Positions 1 through 11,976 of a stretch of DNA of 64,000 bases are shown here, piece by piece. Numbering within the stretch: the first letter of the stretch is position 1; each line of letters begins with the position of its first letter. Source of the stretch: Podarcis bocagei. Its lineage: Eukaryota. Both the position numbers and the translations under genes were made by a program. The notes under the pieces were generated by a model. The model was given only the letters and a program-made list of their open reading frames with translations. It was not told where the DNA came from and did not search any database. The DNA lies in NCBI GenBank assembly GCA_964188305.1, contig OZ076895.1; one strand, written 5' to 3'.

Positions 1-960
1 GGTGCCCTTTGCTCCTGTGAATCTGGTATGTAACGTAAGCAACATTCCCAGTTGCTTCTCGTATTTCAAATTAATAAAGAACAGCAATGAGTACAATGCA
101 AAAGCAGAGTTGAGAAATAAAAGGTGAGAGTGCTCAGTCTAGGGGAGACTCGGAGGATATTTCTGAATGAGTGTATTCAAGACAGTCTTGTAGACATTTT
201 TAAAGAACTGTTCCTAATTACAGACTGAAGTGGAATGCTTAATAATATCTTCCCCAGCCAGACTCCTTGACCTGAAGACACGAGCGGAGATGAAAATCCA
301 ACTGGGAATTAATTTTTGTGCGGATCAGAGCTTTAATATGACCTAGTCAGACAGATACTCATAAAGCTAGAAGAATTTTTAAAGGCCCTGATTTTCCAGG
401 AGTTCTGTCTTGGCGCTCTCTTGACCTAATAACTCCCAATTTTCAAAACTAACCCTTTGCCTGCCTATCTGCTAAGCAGCCTGAGTTATTTCCCAGTCAA
501 TCAGCTTTTACATGTGACTTAAAAGCAGGAAGGTGGTGCTGAAGTAATAAAGCAAAGACATTTCTTCTCTGGTTCAGTATGTTAACCTGTTCCATGTTTC
601 CCACTAACTACATGCTTATTTGGGAGGACCTGTGGCCAGATGAAACTCATTTGTGAGCCTCAGCATGGTGGTGCACATTCATGGCTCATTTCACATAGTT
701 ATGTTCATTCCTTATAATAAGGTTACTAGATTTTTTTTCAATGAACCCGGGGACACTTTTCAACTTCCGACTAAATAGATGGATTTTGTCAGGGGACTGA
801 TTTGAAAAACACAGGAAACAGGGACGTCTGTATGATGTTACCTTATAACATCATATCTGTGAAGGCTTCAGACAGAATTCCACCTTCCAGATTCTGTTTC
901 AAACCCCCAGAGAGTGGCTTTATAATAATAATAATAATAATAATAATTTATTATTTATAC

Positions 961-1000
961 CCCGCCCATCTGGCTGGGCCTCCCCAGCCACTCTGGGCGG
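961..1000 (-). other. L2 3'-terminal RNA stem-loop
   Basis: Nested inverted repeats CCGCCCA/TGGGCGG and TGGCTGG/CCAGCCA next to the tail. L2 RT is known to recognise a 3' stem-loop. Confidence 0.7.
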
Positions 1001-1031
1001 CTTCCATAAAAACCAAAAATACAGTAAAATA

Positions 1032-4000
1032 TCACACGTTAAAAACTTCCCTGAACAGGGCTGCCTTAAGATGTCTCCTGAATGTCAGGTAGTTGTTTAT
1101 CGCTTTGACATCTGCTGGAAGGGCGTTCCACAGGGCGGGCGCCACTACCGAGAAGGCCCTCTGCCTGGTTCCCTGTAGCTTTGCTTCTCGCAATGAGGGA
1201 ACCGCCAGAAGGCCCTCGGCGCTGGACCTCAGCGTCCGGGCAGACTGATGGGGGTGGAGACGCTCCTTCAGGTATACTGGACCGAGGCCGTTTAGGGCTT
1301 TAAAGGTCAGCACCAACACTTTGAATTGTGCTCGGAAACGTACTGGGAGCCAATGCAGGTCTTTCAAGACCGGTGTTATATGGTCTCGGCGGCCGCTCCC
1401 AGTCACCAGTCTAGCTGCCGCATTCTGGATTAGTTGTAGTTTCCGCGTCACCTTCAAAGGTAGCCCCACGTAGAGCGCATTGCAGTAGTCCAAGCGGGAG
1501 ATAACCAGAGCATGCACCACTCTGGCGAGACAGTCCGCAGGCAGATAGGGTCTCAGCCTACGTACCAGATGGAGCTGGTAAACAGCTGCCCTGGACACAG
1601 ATTTGACCTGTGCCTCCATGGACAGCTGTGAGTCCAAAATGACTCCCAGGCTGCGCACCTGGTCCTTCAGGGGCACAGTTACCCCATTCAGGACCAGGGA
1701 ATCCTCCACACCTGCCCGCCTCCTGTCCCCCAAAAACAGTACTTCTGTCTTGTCAGGATTCAACCTCAATCTGTTAGCCGCCATCCATCCTCCAACCGCC
1801 TCCACTGGTTCTGATTTAAAAGAGAGGTAGAGCTGGGTGTCATCCGCATACTGATGAACACCCAGCCCAAACCTCCTGATGATCTCTCCCAGCGGCTTCA
1901 TATAGATGTTAAAAAGCATGGGGGAGAGGACAGAACCCTGAGGCACCCCACAAGTGAGGGCCCAAGGGTCTGAACACTCATCCCCCACCACCACTTTCTG
2001 AACACGGCCCAGGAGGAAGGAGCGGAACCACTGTATAACAGTGCCCCCAGCTCCCAGCCCCTCAAGACGGTCCAGAAGGATGCTATGGTCGATGGTATCA
2101 AACGCCGCTGAGAGATCCAGCAGAACTAGGAAACAGCTCTCACCTTTGTCCCTAGCCCGCCGGAGATCATCAACCAGTGCGACCAAGGCAGTTTCAGTCC
2201 CATGATGAGGCCTGAATCCCGACTGGAAGGGATCCAAATGGTCCGCTTCTTCCAGGCGTGCCTGGAGTTGTTCAGCAACCACTCGCTCAATCACCTTGCC
2301 CAGGAATGGAAGATTTGAGACTGGGCGATAGTTGGCCATCGTGGCCGCATCTAAAGATGGTTTTTTAAGAAGCGGTTTAATAACCGCCTCTTTCAGCGGG
2401 TCTGGGAAGGCTCCCTCACGGAGGGAAGCATTCACCACCCCACGAAGCCCATCGCCCAGTCCTTCCCGGCTAGCTTTTATAAGCCAGGATGGGCAAGGAT
2501 CCAGGAGACAGGTGGTTGGTTTCACTCGTCCAAGCAGCCTGTCCACATCCTCGGAGGTAACAGATTGAAATTGATCCCACTCAACTTGACTAGACAGAAC
2601 TCTAGCACTCTCCCGCCCCGGCCCTGCTCCCACGGTGGAGTCTACTTCTTCCCGAATCTGGGCGATTTTATCTGCAAAAAACTTTGCAAAATCATTGCAG
2701 GAGAACATGTGGCCCGTACTGGGCCCCGATGTTGCAGGTGGTTCCGCTAAATTGTGAACCACCTGAAAAAGTCTCCTGCTGCTGTTTTCTGCAGATGCAA
2801 TAGAGGCGGTGAAGAAATTCTTCTTCGCCGTCGCTATCGCCACTTGGTAGGCTCGACGTTGAGCTCTAACCTGTGTCCGGTCAGATTCGGAATGAGTTAT
2901 CCGCCACCGGCGCTCTAGCCGTCTCAACGATTGTTTCATTGCCCTCAGATCCGTGGAAAACCACGGGGCTGTCCGGGCTCCATGCAATCGGAGAGGGCGC
3001 TTCGGAGCCAAACAGTCAATAGCCCTGGTTAACTCCACATTCCAGCGGGCCACCAGGGAATCGGCTGAAAGGCCATCAACATGGGATAAAGCATCCCCTA
3101 CCACTCTCTGGAAACCATTTGGATCCATTAAGTGGCGGGGGCGGACCATCCGAATTGGTCCCACCTCCCTGCAGAGGGGATGGGTCGCAGAGAAGTCCAG
3201 TTGCACCAGGAAGTGATCTGACCATGGCACTTCTTTCATTTCGCTTTTACTTAGTGTCAGATCACCAACATCCATAGAGGTAAACACCAGGTCCAAGGCA
3301 TGTCCACGGCTATGGGTTGGGCCAGACTTATTCAGGGACAGCCCCATGGAGGCCATGCTTTCCACGAAGTCCCGAGCGGCCCCTTGTAAGGTCGTGTCGG
3401 CATGGATGTTAAAATCCCCTAGGACGACCAGGCTAGGTGTCTCCAGGAGAACATCCGCCACGACCTGAAGCAGCTCGGGCAGGGAATCCTTGGTGCAGCG
3501 GGGAGGTCGGTACACCAAAAGGAATCCTGTACTGCCCCTATTGCCCAACTTCCAGAACATGCACTCAGAAAACTGGGTCTTCCCAATAGGACGCCTGGTG
3601 CAAACTAATGACTTCCTAAAAATCACTGCAACCCCCCCTCCCCGCCCACGTGACCTGGGTTGCTGTGCGTAAGAGAAACCTGGTGGACAAGCAGCGGCAA
3701 GGACAGGCCCATCTGCTTCATCCAACCAAGTCTCTGTTACACATGCCAGGTCGAATCCTCCATCCATGATCAAGTCATGGATGGCAGTGGTCTTACGAAT
3801 CATTGACCTGGCATTGCACAGCAACACCTTCAGGTCACGTGGGTATCCCTTGCTGATTCTAGTATCCATCCGGACAGGACCAGACCCGGAGGCAGGGATA
3901 GTCCTCAGACAACGACTAAACCTGCCTCCTCTGTAATGACATGGTCTGGTCTTAGCGTAACTCCTCCTCCTACCCGTGATCACTGAGATCGGTTGTCCCA

Positions 4001-4034
4001 GTGCATCCCCCCCTGTGGAACATGCCCCAGCCAT
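1032..4034 (-). CDS. L2 LINE ORF2: apurinic-like endonuclease + reverse transcriptase (first ATG at 4034; open frame extends to 4088)
   Basis: APE motifs: NARS, VTETWL, VYRPP, LGDFNIH, LDLVF, SDHF. RT motifs: NYRPVSNLPFLGK, QSGFR, LDLSAAFDT, GVPQGSVLSP, QYADDTQLY. C-terminus HITPVLKDLHWLPV...RAFSVVAPALWNALP is typical of L2. Confidence 0.95.
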   Translation of the reverse strand: MAGACSTGGDALGQPISVITGRRRSYAKTRPCHYRGGRFSRCLRTIPASGSGPVRMDTRISKGYPRDLKVLLCNARSMIRKTTAIHDLIMDGGFDLACVTETWLDEADGPVLAAACPPGFSYAQQPRSRGRGGGVAVIFRKSLVCTRRPIGKTQFSECMFWKLGNRGSTGFLLVYRPPRCTKDSLPELLQVVADVLLETPSLVVLGDFNIHADTTLQGAARDFVESMASMGLSLNKSGPTHSRGHALDLVFTSMDVGDLTLSKSEMKEVPWSDHFLVQLDFSATHPLCREVGPIRMVRPRHLMDPNGFQRVVGDALSHVDGLSADSLVARWNVELTRAIDCLAPKRPLRLHGARTAPWFSTDLRAMKQSLRRLERRWRITHSESDRTQVRAQRRAYQVAIATAKKNFFTASIASAENSSRRLFQVVHNLAEPPATSGPSTGHMFSCNDFAKFFADKIAQIREEVDSTVGAGPGRESARVLSSQVEWDQFQSVTSEDVDRLLGRVKPTTCLLDPCPSWLIKASREGLGDGLRGVVNASLREGAFPDPLKEAVIKPLLKKPSLDAATMANYRPVSNLPFLGKVIERVVAEQLQARLEEADHLDPFQSGFRPHHGTETALVALVDDLRRARDKGESCFLVLLDLSAAFDTIDHSILLDRLEGLGAGGTVIQWFRSFLLGRVQKVVVGDECSDPWALTCGVPQGSVLSPMLFNIYMKPLGEIIRRFGLGVHQYADDTQLYLSFKSEPVEAVGGWMAANRLRLNPDKTEVLFLGDRRRAGVEDSLVLNGVTVPLKDQVRSLGVILDSQLSMEAQVKSVSRAAVYQLHLVRRLRPYLPADCLARVVHALVISRLDYCNALYVGLPLKVTRKLQLIQNAAARLVTGSGRRDHITPVLKDLHWLPVRFRAQFKVLVLTFKALNGLGPVYLKERLHPHQSARTLRSSAEGLLAVPSLREAKLQGTRQRAFSVVAPALWNALPADVKAINNYLTFRRHLKAALFREVFNV

Positions 4035-4301
4035 TTTGTGGGCTGGGGCCCACTCCCCGGCAGCCCTGAACCCTCCCCCTAAAAACAAAATAACACCTTA
4101 AACAAACAAACAAAACCAATAAAACAATACAAACAAAAAAATGTAAAAATTAAAAAACATCAAAATAAAAAAAATAATAATTCCCCAAGCCCAACCAAAC
4201 ATCCATCCCACCCCCACCCCCCACATACAAAAAATCCAAAGAAAATTTTTAAAAAACATTTTAAAAACACTCTGTGCCTCTCCGGCAGTAACAACTGTCC
4301 T

Positions 4302-5300
4302 AGTGAGGCCTGTCAGGCCCCGCCCCGGGCCAGGTGGTAAGTGGCAGGGAGGAGCAGGGCCCTCAGGCACTCACTCAGGGGACTCCTCCTGGGCAGCAGG
4401 CAGCAAGCAGCACGCAGTCCTTGTGAGGCTTCAGGCCCCGCCCCAGGCCAGATGGTAAGTGGCAAAAGCAGGGCCCACAAGCACTCACTCAGGGAGTCTT
4501 CCTGGGCAGCAGGCAGCAAGCAGCACGCAGTCCTTGTGAGGCCCCAGGCCCCGCCCCAGGCCAGATGGTAAGTGGCAAAAGCAGGGCCCTCAGGCACTCA
4601 CTCAGGGAGTCTTCCTGGGCAGCAGGCCGCAAGCAGCACGCAGTCCTTGTGAGGCCCCAGGCCCCGCCCCAAGCCAGATGGTAAGTGGCAAAAGCAGGGC
4701 CCACAAGCACTCACTCAGGGAGTCTTCCTGGGCAGCAGGCCGCAAGCAGCACGCAGTCCTTGTGAGGCCCCAGGCCCCGCCCCAGGCCAGATGGTAAGTG
4801 GCAAAAGCAGGGCCCACAAGCACTCACTCAGGGGAGTCCTCCTGGGCAGCAGGCCGCAAGCAGCACGCAGTCCTTGTGAGGCCCCAGGCCCCGCCCCAAG
4901 CCAGATGGTAAGTGGCAAAAGCAGGGCCCACAAGCACTCACTCAGGGAGTCTTCCTGGGCAGCAGGCCGCAAGCAGCACGCAGTCCTTGTGAGGCCCCAG
5001 GCCCCGCCCCAGGCCAGATGGTAAGTGGCAAAAGCAGGGCCCACAAGCACTCACTCAGGGAGTCTTCCTGGGAAGCAGGCCGCAAGCAGCACGCAGTCCT
5101 TGTGAGGCCCCAGGCCCCGCCCCAGGCCAGATGGTAAGTGGCAAAAGCAGGGCCCACAAGCACTCACTCAGGGAGTCTTCCTGGGAAGCAGGCAGCAAGC
5201 AGCACACAGTCCTTGTGAGGCCCCAGGCCCCGCCCCAGGCCAGATGGTAAGTGGCAAAAGCAGGGCCCACAAGCACTCACTCAGGGGAGTCCTCCTGGGC
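4302..5300 (-). repeat. Tandem array of ~113-114-bp GC-rich monomers (~9 copies) at the 5' end of the L2
   Basis: CACTCACTCAGGG recurs at about 4368, 4482, 4595, 4708, 4821, 4935, 5048, 5161 and 5274. Units carry a CCCCGCCCC GC box and GGTAAGT. Confidence 0.95.
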
Positions 5301-6518
5301 TTTATGTGAAAAACTGCAGCTCCCTTCATACTGCCATTCATTATAATATTCTGAATTGTTCACTTTACTTAAGGGCCTCGGCATTCTATTTCCCATATGC
5401 TTTTTTTTGCATACACACACTGCATCATGGTTTTTGTAGTTATGTATCAAAAATCATTCTTGCCCATGTATGTGCCACTCATACGACTTGAATACATTTG
5501 GTACATAAAGAGAACAATATTGTGTGTAATGGTTTCATCCACATGTATGCATTTACAAAAATGCAGATGATTTGGTCCAAGAAAACGTTTAAACATTGTG
5601 AGAACACTGTGGAAATTCTTTCCAACTTGTGACCCCTCCCATTTTTGCAGATACGCTGTTTAATACTATGATAATGAGGAAAACATTAAACCAGTTGTGA
5701 AACTGCTATATGGAGAGAAGCTTATGTATGAAGAGTGGATTACATCTGAGAAACACACTATTATCATTATTTATTAAAAACATTACCTAGATGCATTGCC
5801 TTCCTGAGTGTAAGGAGCAACAATAAAGAAGAAGGAAACTGCCATACTTCCATCATGGTCCAACAGCAAAAGATCCAGAAACTAATTATCATGGAAACAC
5901 AATGTTTAGGCTAAATTGTTAGCACTGGAAGTATAAATCTGTTATTCCTGAGTATGGATGAAGTGTCTTCTGCATCCTTTCACCAAAAAGTGTCATAGGT
6001 AACTGTGTGCACCGAACTGTGCCTGTGAATATCAATGCACCAAATAAGATCCTGCAAAATTCACCCAGGCTGATAAGAGGCACTGGAGGAACAAAGCTTT
6101 GTCAGAGATGTCACAAAACCATATTTCCATCCATTCAGAATAGATAGCCTTGTGAACAAGGGAACACAATCTCAATTGCAAACAAGTCCAGAGTGTGATA
6201 AACATGCTGCCTAACCAACAAACATATTACTTGTGTCTTTAGACAATGACTTTCTCTGCAAGATAATGAAAACTGCTTCTGCTGAAATAACAGCAGCCAG
6301 GAAGCAAGTAAGCATCCTTGCTTTATAGCCACATGTAAAGATATAGGCTACCAGAGACAGAAAATCTCTAGAACACTGTGGAAAGGGTGATGGAGTTAGA
6401 CGTGCTTACCTGAATTTTTGGCAGCTGAACTTTTGGCTGTGGTGAGTCACTGTTGATTACCAGGAGGGGTGAGATATGAGGTCAGAGCAATGCAAACACA
6501 TCAGCAGAGCCAATACAG

Positions 6519-6559
6519 TGCTGCTGCTGCTGCTGCTGCTGGTGGTGGTGGTGGTGGTG
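6519..6559. repeat. Compound (GCT)n(GGT)n microsatellite
   Basis: Directly visible. Confidence 0.85.
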
Positions 6560-7344
6560 TGTTTGCCACCTCACCACTCTGCCTTCCAGTAATCAGCAGC
6601 CACCCACCTTGCAGGAGGTCAGGTAAACAGCTCTGCCCCACCATGCCACCCACTGCTGCCTGAATCATAATAAGATGTACTTTCCCCTTTCAACTTTCCA
6701 CTCTCTGTATTTCCAGCATACCTGTTTGGTCCCTGCAAGCTGCATGGGTCTCAAGTCTTCACAGTCTCAAATTCCACTGAGCATTTATATCAGCCAGTGA
6801 AACCAGTAGAATCCAATGTGCTGTTTTCAACATTCAAGGTGGCAGGCACCAGCTTGTTTATAATTGTGGCTGTTTTGTATTCTGTGCACGTGTCATGCAG
6901 CTGCTCCACCACCTCAGATGAATCTGAAATATATGACACCTTCTCCATCCATATTGATTGACTCCTCTTATCCAGCTTATCTCAGCTGAACGGGGAGTTT
7001 GAGAAGTGGTTACAATCAGGCAGACCCCATTGGAAGGGTTCCTTTCATCCTTAGATACAGTACCTTTGAGGATTATTTGTGAAAGCCCTGCCATTGCCCA
7101 GTTGTATGGTAGCATGATGATATCAGGCTTCATATTAGTCTGAATATCCCATACCATTTCTTTTCCTAATATTCTTAGATTTTCACCCTTGACTCTGAGA
7201 TGACTGTCAGAGAATAGATATTCTGAGGAGAGAGGAGGGAATTCTCTTTCTCTCTCTCTTTTCTCATGACTTAAAAAAAAAGAAGCCCAAGATGTCAGCC
7301 ATATTCATCTGGGTCAGCCCTATCATTTGGCAGAGTGATGCAGC

Positions 7345-7775
7345 TATAATAATAATAATTTTATTGTTTATACTCCACCCATCTGGCAGCACATAAAAAA
7401 CTGTAAAACATTCGACATTAAAAATGTCCCGGTACAGGGTTGCCTTCAGATGTCTTTTAAAAATCAGATAATTGTTTATTTCCTTGACATCTGATGGGAG
7501 GGTGTTCCACAGGGTGGGTGCCACTACCAAGAAAGCCCTGTGCCTGGTTCCCTGTAACCTCAATTCTCACAGGAAGGGAACCATCAGAAGGCCCTTGGAG
7601 CTGGACCTCAGTGTCCAGGCTGAATGATGAGGATGGAGATGCTCCTTCAGGTATACTGGGCCAAGGCCGTTTAGGGCTTTAAAGGTCAGCACCAACACTT
7701 TGAATTGTGCTCAGAAACATACTGGGAGCCAATGCAGATCTTCAGGACTGGTGTTATATGGTCTCGGCGGCCACT
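7345..7775 (-). mobile_element. 5'-truncated, diverged L2 fragment
   Basis: Homologous to ~930-1395. Encodes RAFLVVAPTLWNTLP...FKRHLK. Short (TAA)n tail. Confidence 0.88.
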
Positions 7776-10700
7776 ACTAGGTGGTGGACAGTGGCAGTTA
7801 AGTGTTGGAGAGGACAGAGTTGTGTGTGTCCTGCACCTCCTAAGCTAGACCTCTATTCTTAGGATGCTGCCATGTCACCAGAATTGAAGATTCAGCTTTC
7901 AGTCAGGCAGCCTCTTTAAGAGGGAGGGCACCACCTTATATGTCGCCTCAGGCACCAAAATGTCTTGAGCCAACTCTGGTATATACACCACTGTGATCAT
8001 AAGCTTTTACAATGAGGGGAGTGCTGCTTAGGCACTGCAGCAGTCAGGTTGTATTTTTTTGTGTTTCCCATTTTATTGGATGCATCCAAGCACATGATTG
8101 GAGATTCTTCCTGCATAGGAAGTTTGAAGCTGAGCAGCGGTTCCATCAGGGTGCTATAAGAAAGGTAGCTGAAATGCTACTAATTATGTGTTTGTGGGTT
8201 ATCAGGTTTCCTTTGTAGGCTTGGTTACATACACCACCGTTCACTCTGAAAGCAGAGGCCATTTCTGACTTCTAGCAGGCTGCTCAAAGTGCAAGACTTC
8301 AGAGCTTGTTTTACTTGGCATGGCTGCAATTTGAAAACAAATTCCTCCTCCTGAATCATGAATGTTTAAAACCCTTCCTTGCTACAGCAGGGGCACTGAG
8401 CAGCCCCCTGAGCAAAAATGTTCATGTATGCATAATAATAATAAAAAACAGCAACAAAACTTATTCTAGAAACTTTCCTTACTGCCATTCTTTTAAAAGT
8501 AGCTTCTAACAAACAGAAACTTTGTTGTTGGCCCAAAGGCACTGGCTAGGCCACATTTGGCAATAGTATAGGATCATTTGCAAACATTTTAAGGTCTGGA
8601 TGATTACTCTCTTGGTGAAGTCTGAGCTCAAGACTTTGTAGCAAGTTCTGAAGTGCCGTTGATGCTCTCTGAGAGGCCAATGGGCTATAGAGCTGCTGGA
8701 AGACTTTGCAAGAAAGGTAACAACGTGGGTGTATTTTTATGAAAGGGATGAATAACCTTTAATTCTTTGCTTGCCTTTTTTTATTAAGAGGACAGAAATT
8801 CATCAAGAGGTTTCTCCTACATATCTACGTTAAATTCTTAAGAATAAATTGCTTTTTCACATTTTATCAACAAGGAGACAGCCTGTCAAGAGTTATAGTT
8901 CAGAGCTCATGGATTGCCTTCATGTTTAGCAAGAGGCTTTGGGGCACCGAATAGGAGGGAAGGGTGGCATCTAGGCCTCTCTTACTAGTACAATATTAGA
9001 ATCCCCCCCCCCCGGATCTTGCACTTCTTTGATGCTCATCTTAAGTTCCAGTCAAGTCTTCACTAAATTGACATCAGTGTGCCACTTTATATTAAAGCTT
9101 TCACCAACTGATGAAGATCTGAACGATTTTTTTTTGGGGGGGGGTGTTTGGATATCCACCATGCACGCCAAAGGAATATTTAATAGCTGTTCTGGACCAT
9201 AACATTTCTCCCCTTCACTTGCTTCAGAGATCATTTTACAAGTTCTGCGTTTCACTTTACAAGAGGAAGGAGAGGCAAGAAATGCTGAAGGCAGGAAGGG
9301 ACACGCATCTTAATCTTTGACTCCCTACTTCCCCATCCCCAAAAGCATTCAAGGTGTAAAATTAGACATTTCCATCTATAAAGGTGCTTCAGCCATCCTG
9401 TTGGCTTTCATAAAATAGGATTAATGTAGCAAAAAGTGATGTGTAGCAAGAGAAGGCGGGGAGAGACCAAGAATCTGCACAATCCACAAATTATTTTAGA
9501 GACCATGCTTTTTTATATATATTTTTAAAAATGGTCCAAAACTTGCATGATTGCACCAGTTATGGTACACCAGGGTGTGGAACTCCCAGCACACAGGCTG
9601 GATGTGGCCAGGGGTGGAGCAAGGTGGGGGTGGACTGCCCCAGGTGTCATCTCCAAGGGGGGTGACATTCTGCTCGCCGCCCACCCTTGACTCTTCCCTA
9701 CTGTGATCCGTCAAGGGGGGGAGGGGGTATTTTCGCCACTTTGTTTTGACAGCCATGTGATCTTGGGCTGCTGGAGGAGTCATGCAGGCAGGCAGGTTTG
9801 GGACGGGAAGGAGGCAGGTGAACAACCCAAAAAAAAAAGCTCAGCCACTTTGGTCAAGCCTTCCTCCCTCCTGGCAATGACAATGGATAGATCACAGCCA
9901 GTCTTTTTATACTGTGAGTAGATCACAGTTTCTTGGGAGTCCAGCTAGAGTTCAATGTGGGGGGGGAGGAGAGAAGACAAGAAATTTTCCACACTGGGTG
10001 CCACCTGACCTTGCTATGCCACTGAGGGTGGCCTGTGAAGCCCTTGGACCCTGCTGATAGCTTCCCCTCCTTGCCTTCAGCCAACCACTCTTAGCAAGGA
10101 TTGCCTCTCCCCCTATGAACTGATCTAAACTTGACAATGATCATCTAAGACTTTCCTTTCTGTGCTTCCTATGTGGGAAGTCTGGAGGGTGGCAACATGA
10201 GAACAGGCCTTTTCTGCGGTGGCTTTAAAAAAACCTCATTTATCACAAGACAGCAGTTTTTCAGGATTTGCCTGCTGTCATTTGCCTCCCAAGGCAAGGG
10301 AGTCACTTGGGGGGGGGGGATAATCTGGCTAACAACTGCTAGAATGACACAGCAAATGGACCTTTGGTCTGATCCACCCTAGTTCTTCACATGTTCTTAT
10401 GCATTTATGTAAATCTCATTAATTTTATTTTAACTTACTCCCACATAAATATACTTAAAGCTGGAATATATTCAGATTTGTACTCTTGCTATGTTGTTGT
10501 TGTTATTATTGTTGGTTGGAGAATGTTGGAAATCATGATGGGACATAGGGAAGGGCATTATCTTGGTAGCACAGGAAAGAACATAAACAAGTGTGCTTAA
10601 GTTTACTGCTGTGAGTAGGGCCTTAGAATTCCATGTAACTGCTCACCATAATATATTCCAAAATGTGCAAAGTTGTGGAAGTGGTGCCTGGATGATTAAA

Positions 10701-11976
10701 AATATTAATTAGTGCCAGATGAATAATTAAGAAGCTGAATTATTTATTCAAATATATTGTGAAGAAATGCATTGAACAATTTGATGGATATATTTAATTA
10801 TTTGCTCCGCTCTATATCTATTTTAAGCAAAAAGAAAAGGCACGATTTTTATTTATATGAAAAATATCATGCTAATAATAGTGAGCAAATAGCAATGAAC
10901 ATTAGCCAGAGCCCTCCTGCTGTTAACTTTTCTGTCCTACAAATACAAATTCTGTCTTATTTGTTCTTGTTTGTGTCGGGTGGTGGGTCCTGCAGACCTA
11001 GGACCAATGTCTTTGAGAACTGGAGATAGACACCTCAGCCATCTATCCTACTTAGAAGGTTTTTATAAGTAACTAGCAGCCTTGAACCCAGCATTGCTCA
11101 GTAATTCTTTAAAACCAAAAGATTGGTGCAATTTTGAAAGTTGGCCTGCCATTTTGATTCAAAATAGTGTCCAGTTGTCTGCTCCTTGATCTTGGGAACC
11201 ACATTCCCAAACATTGGAAATTGTAGGAATGGTGGTGGCAGTGCAAGCTGGATGGGTTTTAAACTTAAAAATGGAACAAACACACATGTTTTGCACATGC
11301 CTAGGTCTCAATCTCCAAAAGAGGAGTCAAACAGACATACCACCCTAGAAAAAAATGTGCTAGCTTATAGATAATTTTCCACAGGGGAAATGTAATGTGG
11401 TTGGTAGAGATCTGATTTTTGATACAGGAAATGATATTTATAGCGAAAGGAGATGAAGATCATATTTTGCAGCTCCTACCTGGTCTGACCTAGCCTTGGC
11501 AGAGAAGAATGTAGCAAAGTGCCCTTAAAGATTAAAATTGATTTTAGTTTTTATAGGCTTTGCTGTAAAGCCTTGGGCTGAAGTTCAATTTGCAGTTATA
11601 ATTACAGTACATTAAGCACACAGTTCCTTTCGGCCCTAGCCTTTCCTATCTTGGCTCTAGTGTCCTCTCCATAATAATCTCATTAAAAGTGGTGTCTTGT
11701 AGGAATGGCGGTAACAGGCCTTTCCCTTTCTCAACTATCCAGAAAGCAGCTTTTGTTTACATAGACCCTGTACCTAATTGCTGGCCCTAAGATGCCCAGA
11801 TATTTTTATACATCCCTTGAAATATGGGTGAGCCGGTCTGTAGCATGACAGTGTGACCTGGGAAGTCACCCATTTAATCGCCTCTTAGCTGCGAATTCAC
11901 CAGGCGATGGTAAACAATCCACTGTCCTTCAGCTTCAGCCCCTTTCTGAAATCTGACAATGATGATGATGAAAATA

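Larger units (their letters stand above)
924..5297 (-). mobile_element. Young, near full-length L2-clade LINE: 5' tandem monomer array, single APE-RT ORF, 3' stem-loop, (TTA)n tail
   Basis: Uninterrupted ~1000-aa endonuclease+RT ORF. (TAA)n on + at ~922-946. GGCTTTAT appears at both 916-923 and 5298-5305 (candidate 8-bp TSD). Confidence 0.92.

Noticed and set aside
4302-5300. Array as a CRISPR locus, or the repeated 73-111-aa ORFs as an L2 ORF1
   Set aside because: Units are contiguous with no unique spacers and the DNA is vertebrate. The 113-bp period is not a multiple of 3, so the ORFs are by-products of the repeat.
5500-7160. Possible decayed transposase or hidden exons
   Set aside because: I could not read a convincing motif series or phase-consistent splice sites; a translated search would be needed.
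9572-10024. Nested degenerate MITE-like sequences
   Set aside because: TIR-like ends are present, but TSDs and boundaries could not be fixed.
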